64,000 nucleotides of DNA from Camelus ferus (lineage: Eukaryota): NCBI RefSeq assembly GCF_009834535.1, contig NC_045696.1, positions 40,488,001-40,552,000 on the forward strand. The letters run 5' to 3'. How positions within the stretch are numbered: the stretch's first letter is position 1; every line of letters begins with the position of its first letter. A model generated the notes under the pieces. That model was not told the DNA's origin. It was given only the letters and a program-made list of their open reading frames with translations, and ran no database searches. Below are positions 1 to 13,660 of this stretch, in pieces. The translations under genes and the position numbers were made by a program.

Positions 1-543
1 ATCCTAGCCCCTATCTCTCCTTTGGATATTTCCTCTCTGTAAACAAAGGAGTGGTCATTTTAATTTTTTTTCTTTAGAGTCAGAGGTCTACTGGGCAAAT
101 ATGTTTGTTTATTATACAAGCAACATTATATCAACAGCAAATAAAACTAAAAAGGAAATAGTCATCTATGATCTGACCACCTTAACACATCTTATCAAGC
201 AATGAAACCAGTTCCTCAAGCCATTAATGGCACTATGTTGTTTCTGTTAGCTGTAGAGATTAACCTACAAACAGTGAACAACTTCAGAGTCAGCTTTTCA
301 TCTATCATCTTAAGGAAGCAAATACTTCACTGTATTTACTGGGCAGATCTTGAATTTAAAGTTTTTGATGTTATGAATATGGCAACACTTATGCTCATTT
401 GATTTACAAACAACGAAGGACTCTAGTTAGTACTGAGGCTGTACTGAGATGAAACAGTGGAGGGTTCCTGTTCTCTGGAGTTTGTAGGCTGTTTGGAAAG
501 AATGAGCAGATAATTTCAGTGCAACTCAGTGAAGTCTCCAGAG

Positions 544-939
544 CAGTAGTTCTCAAACTTTTTGGTCTCATGACTCCTTTACACTCTTAAGAATTACTGA
601 CTGTTTTAAAATATTCATGTATTTATTCATTAAAAATAATAAATCCACTATATGTTAACATAAACATGTTTTTATGGAAAATAACTTTTTCAAACCAAAG
701 AACTTTGTGAGAAGAGTTGTTTTGTATTTCTGCAAACCCCAATGCCTGGCTTAATTGAAGACAGCTGTATTCTCAAATCTGTTTCACACATTCCGTTAGC
801 TGTCAGAGCAATGACCTCACCACACGTCATGTAGCCTCAGGAATACTTGTACACTTGTGAGAGAATGAGAGTGAAAAAGATAGTGTGATAGTGTTAGTAT
901 GAAAATAGCTTTATCCTCACAGATCTCTGGAATCACTAT
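544..939. mobile_element. hAT-Charlie DNA transposon remnant (Charlie1 family, short form)
   Basis: Begins cagtagttctcaaactttttggtctca...cctttacactcttaa; internal ggcttaattgaagacagctg and gtgagagaatgagagtgaaaaag match recalled Charlie1a/1b consensus. Confidence 0.75.
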
Positions 940-3615
940 TCTCGAGGACCAGACACTTGAAGCATAAATGGTAAATGTGTCTTTCTCTGGAAAAGTCTCT
1001 GGTTTAGGCTGTCACCTTCTTTAGGCTGTTACTGAGTGAGCCCTTCACTTCATACTGATGAAGTCCATAGATTTGCTGGCCTTGTCACTGCTTCAGTGTT
1101 TACATCATTAATGAAACTGGTTGTTTGCTTCCCACCATAGATAGATGGAAGATTCCCCACCTTCAGATACTTCTTTCCCAGTTCCTAGAAAATTTCTGAA
1201 TGACAAAACTGTCTCCATGAGACATTGTGTTTTGTTTGAAACCACAATTTGAAATAAGGGCATGGGAACCACTGAGTTACTTGGTTTTTAAGTGGGTTCA
1301 TCCACAGTACTCTGCAGGTCACCTGGCATTTAATTCATATCAGACCTTTCTGAGGCAATTATAGTGAGCAGTTGCTATGTGCAAAGTACTGTACTTGTTA
1401 TTTGTCAGTTTACTTTTTTCTGTCAAACCTACCTGTATACTTGCATAGATTACTCTGGTCATAACTTATAATAGTTTCCCATCAACAACCAAATAGTGCG
1501 ATGATACCGAATCCTGTTGGGTCTTTTTTTAAGATAGAAAATACATTGTATCTCTCATTCTTCTCCTAGATGGGCTTCAATGCCTATACTTGCTTTCATT
1601 CTTCCAGTGCTAGTTTAATTTATTACTTTTTCTTCTTGATTTAATATGTTAATTGATAAGCAGAAAACTACATACACTGCTTTAGTCATTTTTTTTTTAC
1701 CTGCTCTCATGGCTACACTTTGCTAGTCTGATTATGATTATATCTGACCTTATCTTTTAGCAATTATTATCTAATATGTAATTTTAGTTGTTGCATTGCA
1801 TTGGTAGTAGCTATGTTCATGGTTAAATAACCACAGAATTCTAAGCAGTTTGCAGAGTAATTACGTGGAATTTGTTGGAAAGCTTCCTTAGGTTGAGATA
1901 ATCGGGTCTATAATTTATGTTTCCTTGCTCTACTCTCTGCTTTTTCAATGGGACTTTTCACTGTTTAGTCTAATTTTTAGGAGCACTCATAAAAATAGCT
2001 ATGACTAGTCTTTTTTATTCTATGTATGCTGCTTCCTTTTATTTCTCTCACAAGTCAAAGGTTTTTAAAAAATTAAAGCTACAGCATACCATAGTCATAA
2101 CGTAATGCTTGATTCATTTGACTTGGTCAGCAAGATTTAGAAGAACAGTAACACTTTTTTGGCCTCTGTGAGCCAAGTATGCATATATATCTGTGTCTGC
2201 TTTGTGTCCATGTTACTGAAGATCCTGTCATCATCACGGAGATCATTTAGAGACACCGTAAAAGGGTCCAGATCCAGCAAACTGGGTTACTATTTTCCTT
2301 CACTGTGAAACAAGAATTAGGACATGAAGTGATAGAGGAGGCCTTAGCTGGTGTCAGAGGAATATCTGGTAGAAATGGGGCACAGTGAGTCAGGATTCTT
2401 CATCATCTGAACAGTCTTGTTTGGCTTCCCAGGGGTGAGAGGAAGTGAATTAATAAGATGCAGATAGTCAAATGACCTACTAATTATAAGGAGGTTGTGA
2501 GCTTTTAGCAGAGAAACATGATCCTGACAGGAGCTTACTGAAATCCTCAAATTGAGCAGAGGGGCTAAGATTCGGGCCAATCTCTTTTTTTAAAAGCAGG
2601 AAAAAAGCAAGTAAAATGAAACAAAGAGTGTCCTAGAAAGAAAAACTACTGAAAGATGAAGTTTCAGAACCAAAAAAAAATGCCAGTCTGAGAGCTCACA
2701 GGCACAGAGTTTGGGGAATAAGGCTACAAGGAGAATATTTTCATTCTGAGATGATGGAATCTGGGCTAGGAGACTCTCCACATGTCGATCAAAGGGCCAG
2801 GTGGAGACTTAAAAAGGTGCTCAATCTAGGCCTAGGAGAGGAAATGGAACGAACAAGGGAGTGATAATAAGGACAGCATGTGTAAATCCATACCTGGATA
2901 GTTACTTAGAGCCTGGATTATATGTTGTCACTTTTTCAGTGCTGTATTATCAGTTAAGGAACTTTCTAGAAAGAACTAATGGATGATGGATGTTCACTGA
3001 CTATCACTAAGCTTGTGCTTCTTTGTCTCCCATTTTAATTTTTCATAGCAAAAAGTATTTATTTGGATGGATTTTTCTTTTTGTCATTTATTGAAATTGA
3101 TTTTTTGCCTTGCTTTGACTATATTATAGCTATCAAGAAGGAATTTTTTTTAAAAAATTACTACGAATATACTGCTAAAGTGTCTGTTAACTTTTCTTTT
3201 TATGTTCTTCTCCCCCTCCACATTCTGAATGAGGTTTTTAATTATTTGAAAAAGATTCCTCAGATCAACATTTTGACAATTTTTCTTTTCCAGACTTTCC
3301 ATTTTGACTACTTTTACACCAAAAAACAAACAAACAAAAAAACAAAAATTTAGCCTGTCTTTCAACAGATTGAGACTTCAGGTCCTTGGCAGACTGAAAG
3401 TTTCAGATGGGCATCTCAAGATCTTCAAGGCCCACCTGGGCCCCCCACAGCCATGGCGCCTTTCCCTATCAGCCTTGTCCCTCTCTAGGGAGAAGCACTC
3501 AGAAAGCCACCCACATGTGATGCCTTCCTTGGACTGTCACAGATAAATGTGTTCCTATATTCCTGAGAGCACCTTTCCTGGTACACAGCATGCCATAGCA
3601 TGCAGAGCCGCCTTT

Positions 3616-3676
3616 TTTTTTTTTTAATTGACATTTAGTTGATTTACAGTGTTGTGTTAGTTTCTGGTGTACAGCA
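3616..3676 (-). mobile_element. Extremely 5'-truncated young L1 3' tail with 14-bp target-site duplication
   Basis: Poly(T) then aattgacatttagttgatttacagtgttgtgttagtttctggtgtacagca; flanked by gcagagccgccttt (3602-3615) and gcagagctgccttt (3677-3690). Confidence 0.85.
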
Positions 3677-4049
3677 GCAGAGCTGCCTTTATGTTTAAGT
3701 TAATGATGGTATGATGATATTGGGCTCGTCCCCAGGTTCCTAACACTTTCACTGTTAATCATTCTTTCCATTCCTTCCTCACCTTTTCTGTGGTTGATTT
3801 GGTACTCTTTGAGATCTCTGTTCTTCTGTATCTTATTTGTTTGCCCTAAGGTAGCCTTCTTTAGGATAGGGCTGATGTCCTCTCTATTGTCCATTCCCTA
3901 CTGCCCCACCAGTAGACAGCAGTAAACAGTGCAGGTGACTGAATGGCAAGGGGCAGGCAGGATAACTGACAGGGAGCAAGTATGCTCACCAGCACTGAGG
4001 CACCAATGGGGAAAAGGCAGTTGAATACTGTGGGAGACAGGGTAGTAAT

Positions 4050-4270
4050 GGGGGAGAAATTCAGATTCTGGAGTTCAGTTTTCAGAACTGAATCTTGGCT
4101 TCCCGACTTCCAGCTAGTATAACCGAGGAAGCAATTTAACCTCTGTGAGTCTCATTTTCTTCACATGTAGGATGGGGATAATACTGGAGCCTTCTTCGTA
4201 ATAGTGTTTTTCCAGGGATTCAGTTAAACAATCCATACAAAAGCATAGTGGTTGGTATTATACATATCAG
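4050..4270 (+). mobile_element. MIR SINE
   Basis: Core-like tttaacctctgtgagtctcattttcttcacatgtaggatggggataata. Confidence 0.7.
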
Positions 4271-4476
4271 TTACCACTAGATGTAGAAAACTGTACTGAT
4301 GGTTACAATACAGAAGAGCACCTCAGCCACACTGGGCTGGTCTAAAGTAAGGGGCACCTGGAAGAGACAGTCAGAATTCACACTAGGATGAAAGACCCGA
4401 CCACATAATCTGTTTACTGTGATGGACTGGTTCTTTTCAGCCATGTGCATAGTTTGCTATACTGCTTGTCATTTAT

Positions 4477-4699
4477 AGCCAGTTTCTCAGCCTTGGCCCA
4501 ATTGACATTTTGGGCTGAATAATTCTTTGTTATGGGGACTGTCTTGTGCACTGTTGGATGTTTAGCAGTATCCCTAGACTCTAGCTACTCAACACCAGAA
4601 GTAACCCAGGACCCCCAGCTCAGTTGTGAACAACCAAAAATTGTCTCCCAACATTGCAAAAAATGTGGGGGAAAAAATCGCCTCTGATTGCAACCACCA
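4477..4699. mobile_element. MER20 (hAT-Charlie), near full length
   Basis: attgacattttgggctgaataattctttgttatggggactgtcttgtgcactgttggatgtttagcag...caaccaaaaattgtctcc closely follows the recalled MER20 consensus. Confidence 0.9.
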
Positions 4700-5369
4700 T
4701 TTTAGGGCATAGTTAATTTCTTGGAAAACTTCTATTAGATTAGTGGTAGCTGTCTCTAACATTCATAACTCTACTTCATTATCTGCTGCTCAGTATATCT
4801 GGGACCAGCCAGTATTTCCATTTCTCTTTTGTTCACAGATCTACAGCTGTTCTTTCTTCCTGGAAGAGAATGATGCTTTGAATGTGCATTATCCGGTGAA
4901 ATTCCAGCATATCACAAAGGATGCTAATAGCTGACCTTCCCAAAGCCTCTTTGATGTTCTATTCATCTTACCCCTGTTCTTCCTTCCTTGAGTGTGAGTG
5001 TGCAGTGCACATTCTTTGCTGGGATTAAATGCTCCTAGACTTGTCTACTTGGGGACTCAGAGGTGGGGTGGGCTGATTTGGCATAGCCTACAGTCTTTTT
5101 CTGTATGTGCTACTGCTGGGCTTGGTTTCCATAGTGGAAAATGTGGAGAAGATTACTGAGGATATTTTATAATGTTTTTTAAGCATTTCAGGAAAAAAAA
5201 ATACAAAGTAACAGGTTGAAGGATACCCAAATTGTATGAGAAAGGTTATTTGAGGTTTTCATACTGTTGTATACTTAACTTTGTAATTATACCAAGTTTA
5301 CTTTGCTCAGTTTTAACTCTTCAAGCAAGTCTGAATTTCAGTCTAGGATTTTAGATTAGCATTCCTAAA

Positions 5370-5650
5370 TATATAATAAATATTTCAAAATATGTATATT
5401 AAAAGGTATACTGTGAAGTGTCTTCCTCCTACCTCATCTGTCATTTGCCCAGTCCTCTTCCCCAGCCTATAACCACTGATACCAGTTTCTTACATGTACT
5501 TCTAGAGTGACTTTATGAGTAAACAAGCAAATGCAAATAAAGATTCTTAATCTCTCCCTTTTTTGTATGAAGAATAGCTTACTACAAAAATTGTTCACCC
5601 ATCATCTTGATTTTTGCAGTTAAATATTTTCTTAGAGATCTTTCCATTAA
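5370..5650 (-). mobile_element. Ancient L1 (L1ME-type) 3' UTR fragment
   Basis: taaccactgataccagtttcttacatgtacttctagag...ttcttagagatctttccat resembles antisense old L1 3' UTR. Confidence 0.55.
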
Positions 5651-6039
5651 ATCAATGTTCTTAAGCAAGGCAGGAAAAGAAAATAAAAATCAACATGACT
5701 GCTAAATAAATCTTTACAACTTCATGCTAGAAAAATTAAAATTTACAGGATTTTTAAAATGAAGTAACATAGAAGAATGGGAGTCATACTTTTGCTGTTT
5801 TGAACTTTTAATATTAAGATAAATTAAAGTAGTAATATTATTTGATTATAATTTTATAATAGCACCTTAATTGATGTACATCTGTTTTTATAATATATGC
5901 ATTTTTCTATTTGAGAAACTGAAGCTTAGGCACATTAAATAACATGCAAGGCCTTTGTAATGGTAGCCCTGGGTACTGGAACACAGGATTCAATTCCAGT
6001 TGCTGTCTAGTGTGCAATTTGTTTATAGTGAGAAAGAAA

Positions 6040-6180
6040 CAAGCATATTGAGGGTCTACTCTGTGCCACTTGTTCTTACTTAATCCTTATAAGGTTAAGT
6101 ATTATTCCTATTTTACAGATGAGGGTAGGGACCAAAAAAATAAAATTTAGAGAGGTTAAGTAATTACCAAACAGCACAAA
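6040..6180 (-). mobile_element. MIR SINE fragment
   Basis: tattattcctattttacagatgag...agaggttaagtaatt is the reverse MIR core. Confidence 0.7.
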
Positions 6181-6339
6181 TTACCAAACCAGAATAAAAA
6201 TTCACTGAGTCTAAAGCATATGTTCTTTCTATTTAACCAGGCTACATGCTTGAAAGTCGAGAGTACCAACCTCAAAAGAGTTTCCTCCTTCTCCCATCCC
6301 ATGCTTTTAGTGTTCATTTGTTAATTCCTGTACTCTGTG

Positions 6340-6575
6340 TCCCTACACCCTTGGCTCCCTGACCCCCCTACCTTTGCTCAGTCTGCTCCAGCAATACCAG
6401 CCTCCTTGTTGTTCCTTGAATACACAAGAGCCTGTGGCTTTTGTTCTTGCTGTCTCCTCGGGGAACCACTGGACTTTCCCTTAGCTCATGTAGGACCATC
6501 GGGCATACTATATTTTACTTATTTGATCATTGGCTGTCTCTCCTCCTAGAATGTAAACTTCATGTGAGTAGGGAG

Positions 6576-6626
<51 letters not shown>

Positions 6627-6752
6627 ATTCAATGACTAGTCAAGTACTAGTCTGTTTTATTCTAGTTATATTTGTGCTATATTTCTAGCTCAAGAATAGT
6701 ACCTAGTACTTAATTGGTATTCATTAGATATTTGTGAAATATTTGAACAAAT
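6340..6752 (+). mobile_element. L2 LINE 3' end, interrupted by a (TG)n tract
   Basis: gcctccttgttgttccttgaatacac, ctagaatgtaaacttcatg and a tail-like gatatttgtgaaat. Confidence 0.75.
6581..6622 (+). repeat. (TG)21 microsatellite
   Basis: Read directly. Confidence 0.98.
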
Positions 6753-6824
6753 ACCTATTCTACTTTCGAACTAGGTACCATGTTAGGGAGTAAGGGTGTG
6801 ACTGTAAGCAACAGACATATAGTG

Positions 6825-6977
6825 CAGTCGGCCCTCTGTATCCATGGATGCAGAATCCACAGATAGGAAAGGCCGACTTCTACTACACCATTTTATATGA
6901 GAGACTTGAGCATCTGCAGATTTTGGTATCTGTGAGGGACCTGGAACCAATCCCCCATGGATACTGAGGGATGGCTG
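6825..6977. mobile_element. Short MER2-family TcMar-Tigger MITE with both terminal inverted repeats
   Basis: Left cagtcggccctctgtatccatgg and right ccatggatactgagggatggctg followed by TA; internal gacttgagcatctgcagattttggtatc is MER2-like. Confidence 0.85.
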
Positions 6978-7009
6978 TAAAGTAGTTCCTTTCCTCTACA
7001 GTCTGTGAA

Positions 7010-7215
7010 TGATAGTTACCCATGTTGAGCAATTATTATATTCATGAACCATGTTAGTCCTGGAAACAGTCATAAGAGGCAAGTATTATTGTTCTCATTT
7101 TACAAAAAGCAGCTGAGGCCCAGAAAAGTTAAATAATTTGCCAAAGGTCCTGCTAATAATTGGCAAAATCAGAATGCCAAGTAGTTTTTACTCCAAATCC
7201 TGTTTCTTACCACCA
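7010..7215 (-). mobile_element. MIR SINE
   Basis: tattattgttctcattttaca...ctgaggcccagaaaagttaaataatttgccaaaggtc. Confidence 0.75.
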
Positions 7216-10200
7216 TGACATATATCCACACCTCCTATCTCATATATCTCATGTACCATCCTCTCCAGTGAATTTGTGAGTTGTAAAATTCTGTCTGTCA
7301 AGGGCACAGAAAATCACCACCACTTGCATTCCACTGTTCTGTCATAGTATTTTCTGTAGGTTCATGGCTACTTTGAGCCTTGATCATGAGACATTAGCAA
7401 ATATTCTCTTAATCATTGTAATAATAAAGCAAGTTTAGTCATTTGGCATAAATTCATGATTATTTTTGGATGGTTTAAAAAATTGTGACTTTGCCAGTAA
7501 TAACATCTCATGTTCCCTAGAGGAGGTGGGTTTGTCATAAATACCATTTCATAGAACATTTCAAGGAACTTAAAGTTCTCGGAAAATATTTTTAACAGGC
7601 AGCCTTTTCTCAAACAGACTTCAAGGGCATAATACTGTATACCCTTAAAAGTGTGTGTAGTTTGTGTTTTATCTTATTAAGAATATTTCTATGTATTTCT
7701 CTTATGGCAAAACCCATTTATATTTAGCTATCCCTTTTGTATCTTAGTGGAAAACAGAAATAGATTCTTTAGAAAAACACTCTGATGTAGCTGCAGAATT
7801 TTGTTCTTAATCTCCTTTGTCCCTTTTTTCTCTATCCAGATCACAGGTTATTTTCATTCAGATATTGCAAATAGGTATTCTGGAGGATTAGTATAATTCC
7901 TTTCTCTTAACACTTATTCTTTGGTAGATTGCTTTTCTTTCTTTTATTCTCTGCCTCTTAAAAAGTTATGAAGAGTATATCCTTTTCCAAATCTTACTAT
8001 GAGCCAAAAAAAAAAAAAGTTTTTAAGCCCCTAGTTCCTGTAAGTTCCTTTTTTTTCAAAAAAGGCTTTCCTCTTTTATTTGGCTTTCATACATTAATTC
8101 ACTGGTGTTCAGTTTGTCGATTTAACATAAAAGGCCAAAGCAGGGAGCAGTCATGTGCCAGAGTGGATCATTTCACTGGTTTTCACCTCCCTGTATGTAG
8201 TCTGGCTGCCTGCACAGAGGCAGCGGCTAACATGGTATGCTTGGGAAACCAAACGTTTCCTAACTTATTAGTGGGAAATTCAAACTTCAGAAATTCAGAA
8301 ACCACAACAACAGAGACTTATGTTTTATTGTGACTACTGAAGTCACACAGTTTGCCTTGAGAAACAGGCTAGACAGGGGCCCAAAGAGTATAAAATGTGA
8401 AACATTTTGATCCCTAGAGAATTCCTCAACCTCCCCCCACCCCCGCCCTTCTATTTTAGCTATAGTAAATCAGTAAATAAAGGGGAAATGGGAGGGAACT
8501 AGGAACATTTAATACCATTAAATAGTACTTGAGGTCAGGGCCATTGGAGGATGAAGGTTGATGCTTGCCCTGGCTGCCTGCTGAGCAAACAATTAGATCA
8601 TGAACAACAGCGAACATCCTCTGTCTACCCTTACTCACTTTTCCTAGTTCCTGAGGGTGTTTGGTTTCTATCACCTCCATGACATTTTGGAGAACTACAG
8701 TTTGGGCCATAATTTATTTACAGAAGGTGGGAGAGTTTTATTCTTGAATCTGTGGAATGTAAGTGACCATTTTTCTTGTGGTCTGTGTTTTGCATGTCCC
8801 CTTGTATGCACTGTAAAAATTAAAATTATTTTGGTCATATAAACCTTGTTTAATCTTCCCTAATAGTTCAGAGCATTTGGGTTACATTTTCCTTTTCTGC
8901 CACTTCTGAACATAGAGAAGACAGAAAGCACGAACACAGAATTTGATCCTATTTTCTCTAAGTTGGGATCTTTTAAGATGAATGTGTTCTAGAGATTTAT
9001 CTTATGTAGTAAGGGGCAATTCCATTAAGATGTTACAGCGGTTTGCGCCAGGCCTGCTAGAGGTAAGAGCAGTGACTTGAAACTCAACTTTTCTAGGCCC
9101 TGGGTCTGTCTGCAGCTGGTTTTGTCCCTGAGCAAAGTTTCACCCATTTAGTTGTGTTTATCTCTGTAAGAAATTCTGTTTGTGGCAGAATTAAAGAAAA
9201 GGCTGTAGTATACCTTTTATATGTGCTATATGAATACCCATCCATTTTTGGACCATGTTTTGACCTGGCCATATCTTACCTTTGAATTTTATATCATTTT
9301 AAAATTTGAATTTTAAGGGAGGGCAAACTATTTCAGGTTTGCAGTAGTTGAAAAAAGTGTTTTTAAGAAAAACGCACTGACTTTACTATCCCTCATTTTT
9401 AAAGTTCATTCATTCACAGATGAAAACGAGGAAAAAAAGCATAACCCAACAATTCTCAAACAGAAAAGCCACTTTCAGAGGAGCCACATATCTAATAGAC
9501 AGGGAATGTTGGAGCAAAATCTGCTATTAACTTAACTCTGTGACCTTGCTTCATCTAACTGTTACCTCAGCTGCAACATGGGGCAAGCGATATAATTTTG
9601 TCTCTTTTACAAAGCCTGTAATGATCTTCAAATCTCAGTTCCAGAGTAAAAACCACCAACAACCTTTCAAGTCCTTTCCTCCCTTCTTTCCTATGCAGCA
9701 CTGTGTACAAATTCATATGTCAAAAATGTATATTCCATTCTGTCAGAAGATATTTTATGACTCATCAAGTCTCAATGGTTCATAACTATATGGGAACCTT
9801 AATTGGAATTTCATGGGATTCAGATTTATTTTTGGTTCTTTGTATGTCAAGCATTTGTTGTAGTTCAAGGTCATAAGTGGCTATTAAAGTAAAGAAGTAA
9901 ATTTTTTAGTGCCTGACACTTAAAATGTTATGCCAAAATGAAAGTACAATTACACTGAAAAATGAACACCTAGGAAGAAGTATTTAGACTATTAGTTTCT
10001 GAAAGGGAATCTTTATTGTCTATGGCTAGGATCTGATATAAGCTATTTAACCTGTAATAAAAGATTGTTTTACCTATTTGTTTCCTGTGTGTGCCTCTCC
10101 AGCATGGTAGGACTGTAAGGGTAAAACAGGGAGATTCCAGGCTAGCTTTTAAGCCTATTGCTCTCTTTAGTCCCTTACTTAGTAACTAGTGTTTTATTTC

Positions 10201-10899
10201 AGGTGACTAAGACTTAATTAGGAGAGCTCATGTGGGTTTCTCATAGGAAGTATTCCCCTCTAGCAGGGAAATGAAGATAAAGGCTAAATTCACTTTCAGA
10301 GTAGCTGAGGTTAGACACTAGAGACATGGATTTTCTCCAACAAGCTAATGCTTTACTTCACTTTTATGGCTGGGTTAAGAGAAAATGAGTTCTTCAGGAC
10401 TGCATCCTACAAAACATCTCCTCTGGCCCTGAGACAACCGTTTGTGCCTCAGCCTGGTGGAACCCTATAGCACCAGATGATGATGGAGCACCATTTTTCT
10501 GGGTAAACTGGCATAATATCTAGAAGAGTAATAGATATGATTTACTGAGTGTCTCCTGTGGGTCTGGCATTGTGCCAGTTAGTTGCTTTATCATCATTTT
10601 TAATCTTTACTTTAAGGATTGAAATCACTATGGAAATCCAGGTCGTTCTAAAGGCCAAGCAATGGATTTAAAATCAAACTTCAGGTGTTCTGATGCCGGG
10701 TCAAGTCTTCTTTCTCTTTTAACCTTAGATTCCCTTTTCACAGCAGACTTCCAAGGAATAAATCTGTTATCCTTTTTTGGGGGAATCTATAGTTACATTT
10801 ACATTTCAGTTCCCATTTTTTCCATGACTGTCCCCTAACTTGTTTTACCCTGGCTGTTTCCCCTTTTCTAGATTCCCACAGCTCTTACAGTTTTGTGAC

Positions 10900-11045
10900 A
10901 TAATACTCTGTATTGTTTTATACCACTTTCTAATTTATGTTATATTAGTTTTGCTCTTGAACTAACTGTAAGCTCCTTAAAGAATTCAGTACCTCTGTAT
11001 CTTCCACATGGGTTTGAACTCAGTACAGACTTGATGAGCAAATGA
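10900..11045 (+). mobile_element. L2 3' end fragment
   Basis: actaactgtaagctccttaa...ctctgtatcttcc resembles the L2 tail. Confidence 0.45.
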
Positions 11046-13349
11046 TTGAGAGGTGAGAAGAACCATTTCTTAGCAGGGCATAACTATCCCTCTTAGGCTG
11101 AATGATGCCTAAAGTTCTCAGAATTTACTCTTATTATTAGAGCAGAAGAAGAAGTAGAGTTTTGTTCCTCTTGTTCATGTCATTTTGGAGGAGGGAAAAC
11201 CATTCATTGAATGAATGGCCTGTGATTCTTTCCATCTTTGTTCAGCCCAATGAATTTTATGAGACTGTAAGAAGATTCTTATGAGGTATAATTTTAGGGG
11301 AGATGAGTAGAACCCACCTTTCTTAAAGTTGTTATCGTTATCTGAAAGATCTCTGTGTGCCCCATATGAGTAGGTTGTATGAAAGTCTGAAGGATAATAT
11401 GGAACCTCAAACATAATGTATTTCTTTTAATAAAATGAGTGTTTAATTATCTTGATAACAAATGAATTTATTTTAAAGAACAGATAATCTTGTCTTTAGC
11501 AGCACATGACTACTTTTCACAGAACTCCACAGAGTGATTCACCTCCTCTGGCATTCCCAATTAACTGACTGATGAGCCAAGGCTAAGGGACTTGCACAGC
11601 ATCTCACTGCAGGCAGGCCCTTTGTCTTCAGCAAGAAGGAACTTTCTCAGGCTCTCCTCAAATTCTTGGGCCAAACAGCTCCTTCCTTTTCTTTAAATGT
11701 GACAGCAGCAGTCACTTAAGTTTTGTTAGCCCAAATATGATGAATGTTTTACATTTCTCTTATGATTTCTGCTCAGAGTTGTTTTTGTTTTGATTCACTT
11801 AAAAAGGAATTTTAAAAAGAGAAAAAAAACTTCGTTCACCTTTAAACTTTTATTCCAAGACTGGTGGGCCATGAAATATGATAAATCTGGCAGGTTTGCT
11901 CCTGTCAGAGCTGCCCATCTTGAAGCACTGACCTCATCTTTGAGGCTGTTCTTGGTAGGATGATTTGGAGTTCTCACAGGCTCAAGGATAAAGTTATGTT
12001 AATTTTGCCTCTGGCTTAAGAGTGGGCTTCTCCCCTCACATTCTTCCATTTTCTTTAGGTGATTTGTCTCTGTAATGATATGATCAGTAGCTTGTATTTT
12101 TGTATAGTCTTTGGCTCTACTTGATCAGAGTTCCCTCAGGGGTTGCTGCTCACTATTCTGTCCATACCGAGTATTGAGAGATACTTATGGTGGATGATAC
12201 TGTTTCCTTTTTTTTTAGGTTTATGGAAGCCAAGGCTACAGGAGACTTACCCAGTGAATGGAAGGCAGAGCGAAGAAGAGTAGAACTTGATTTATGAACC
12301 CTTATTCCTACTCTTAGTCTTACCATTGAGATAACACTATTTGTCCATGACAATTTAGTGTCACTAGTAAACAAGCTTGGAAATTGACTACATTCTGTTT
12401 TGTATTTTTTTTAAAAAAGTCCCACATTGTTTGTCTTTAGTTAATTTTTATGTATAGCTGATCTGTCTTATCTACACTGGTTTATCAATTCATTAGAAAA
12501 AAGCAGGGACAGGACAGTGATTAAAATCACTGTGTAAGAGCCGCTGATGAGTTTTGTCCTTGTCATCCACACAATAGGTGTAGCTGGTTAGTGACACAGT
12601 GTGGTGTGTGGGGAGCTTATTTGCTGGGCCTGTTGTCCTCCCTTGTGCTTAGCACAGAGCCCAGTAGACACTCAGTACATGTCCGGTGTTGATGAGGAGC
12701 TATGAGCTCTAGGCTGACTTCACAGGTTGACACTGGCAATCCCTAACTTTGAAACTATAGAAAAATCATTCCTTTTCTGTAAAACCTGGCAGATGGGTTG
12801 GACTACCACAGAAACTTTGTAATCAAAATGTATGCTGGGAAAAGGCAATCTGCTGATTTCTAATTTCTGTAGGGACAAACTGGGCCCCGTGACAGCAACT
12901 TCCAGGCCTTCAGCTGAGGCACAGAGCTTAGGGAAAAACAGAGTAATGCCCTTCATTAAGGACAAAAGCACTACACTCTGCTCGTTCATATTTTGCTTCT
13001 CCTCTATTCCATGCCCCTGGGCAGTTCACCTGGTACTGTTTCACCATCTTTATTCTCATTATTTTGAGGAGGAAGTTAAAGTGAGGTAGGTGGAGATGGG
13101 CAAACAGAAGCATCTGACTTGACGTCTGCCTACACATACTGTACAGTGAAAGATTTCACTGCCTTGACTTCATATGAGTGTAATTTGTTTTCTGGTTTTT
13201 GTGTTTGTAAGTCAATTCTACATGGTTTTTAAAAATAGTGGTAGAGATTTGTTTTGGTCTCCTAAACAAAATCTCGAAGAGGAGGCCCTTCCTAGGCCAC
13301 TATTTCTAGAAATACTCTTTTCTTACCAAATAAGTTTCTAGGTTGTAAT

Positions 13350-13660
13350 TTGTTCATATATTTATCCAACACACTTATTGGCCCAGTGACATACCTACTA
13401 ACTGAAGCTATGTACTTTTCTAGGTGTTAGGGATAAAGTTGGTTGCAAAACTGACCCTCAAGGAGTTTCTAGTACAGGAGATAGACAATAAACAAATAAG
13501 CAGTTAATGTGTAACTTAATGGCATGTAGTAATGTATGGTGTGAAGGAAAGTAAGGCAAGTAAGTATCACCAGGAGCTCAGAGAACTCATTAGTGACTTC
13601 CTCTGTAGTTCTTGGGAAGGTTGTTTTAAAGGCACTGAGTCACTGAGTTTTGAAAGGGAA
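13350..13660 (-). mobile_element. L2 3' end fragment
   Basis: ttcatatatttatccaacacacttattg...taggtgttagggata...ccctcaaggagtttctagt...gagatagacaataaacaaataa. Confidence 0.65.
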
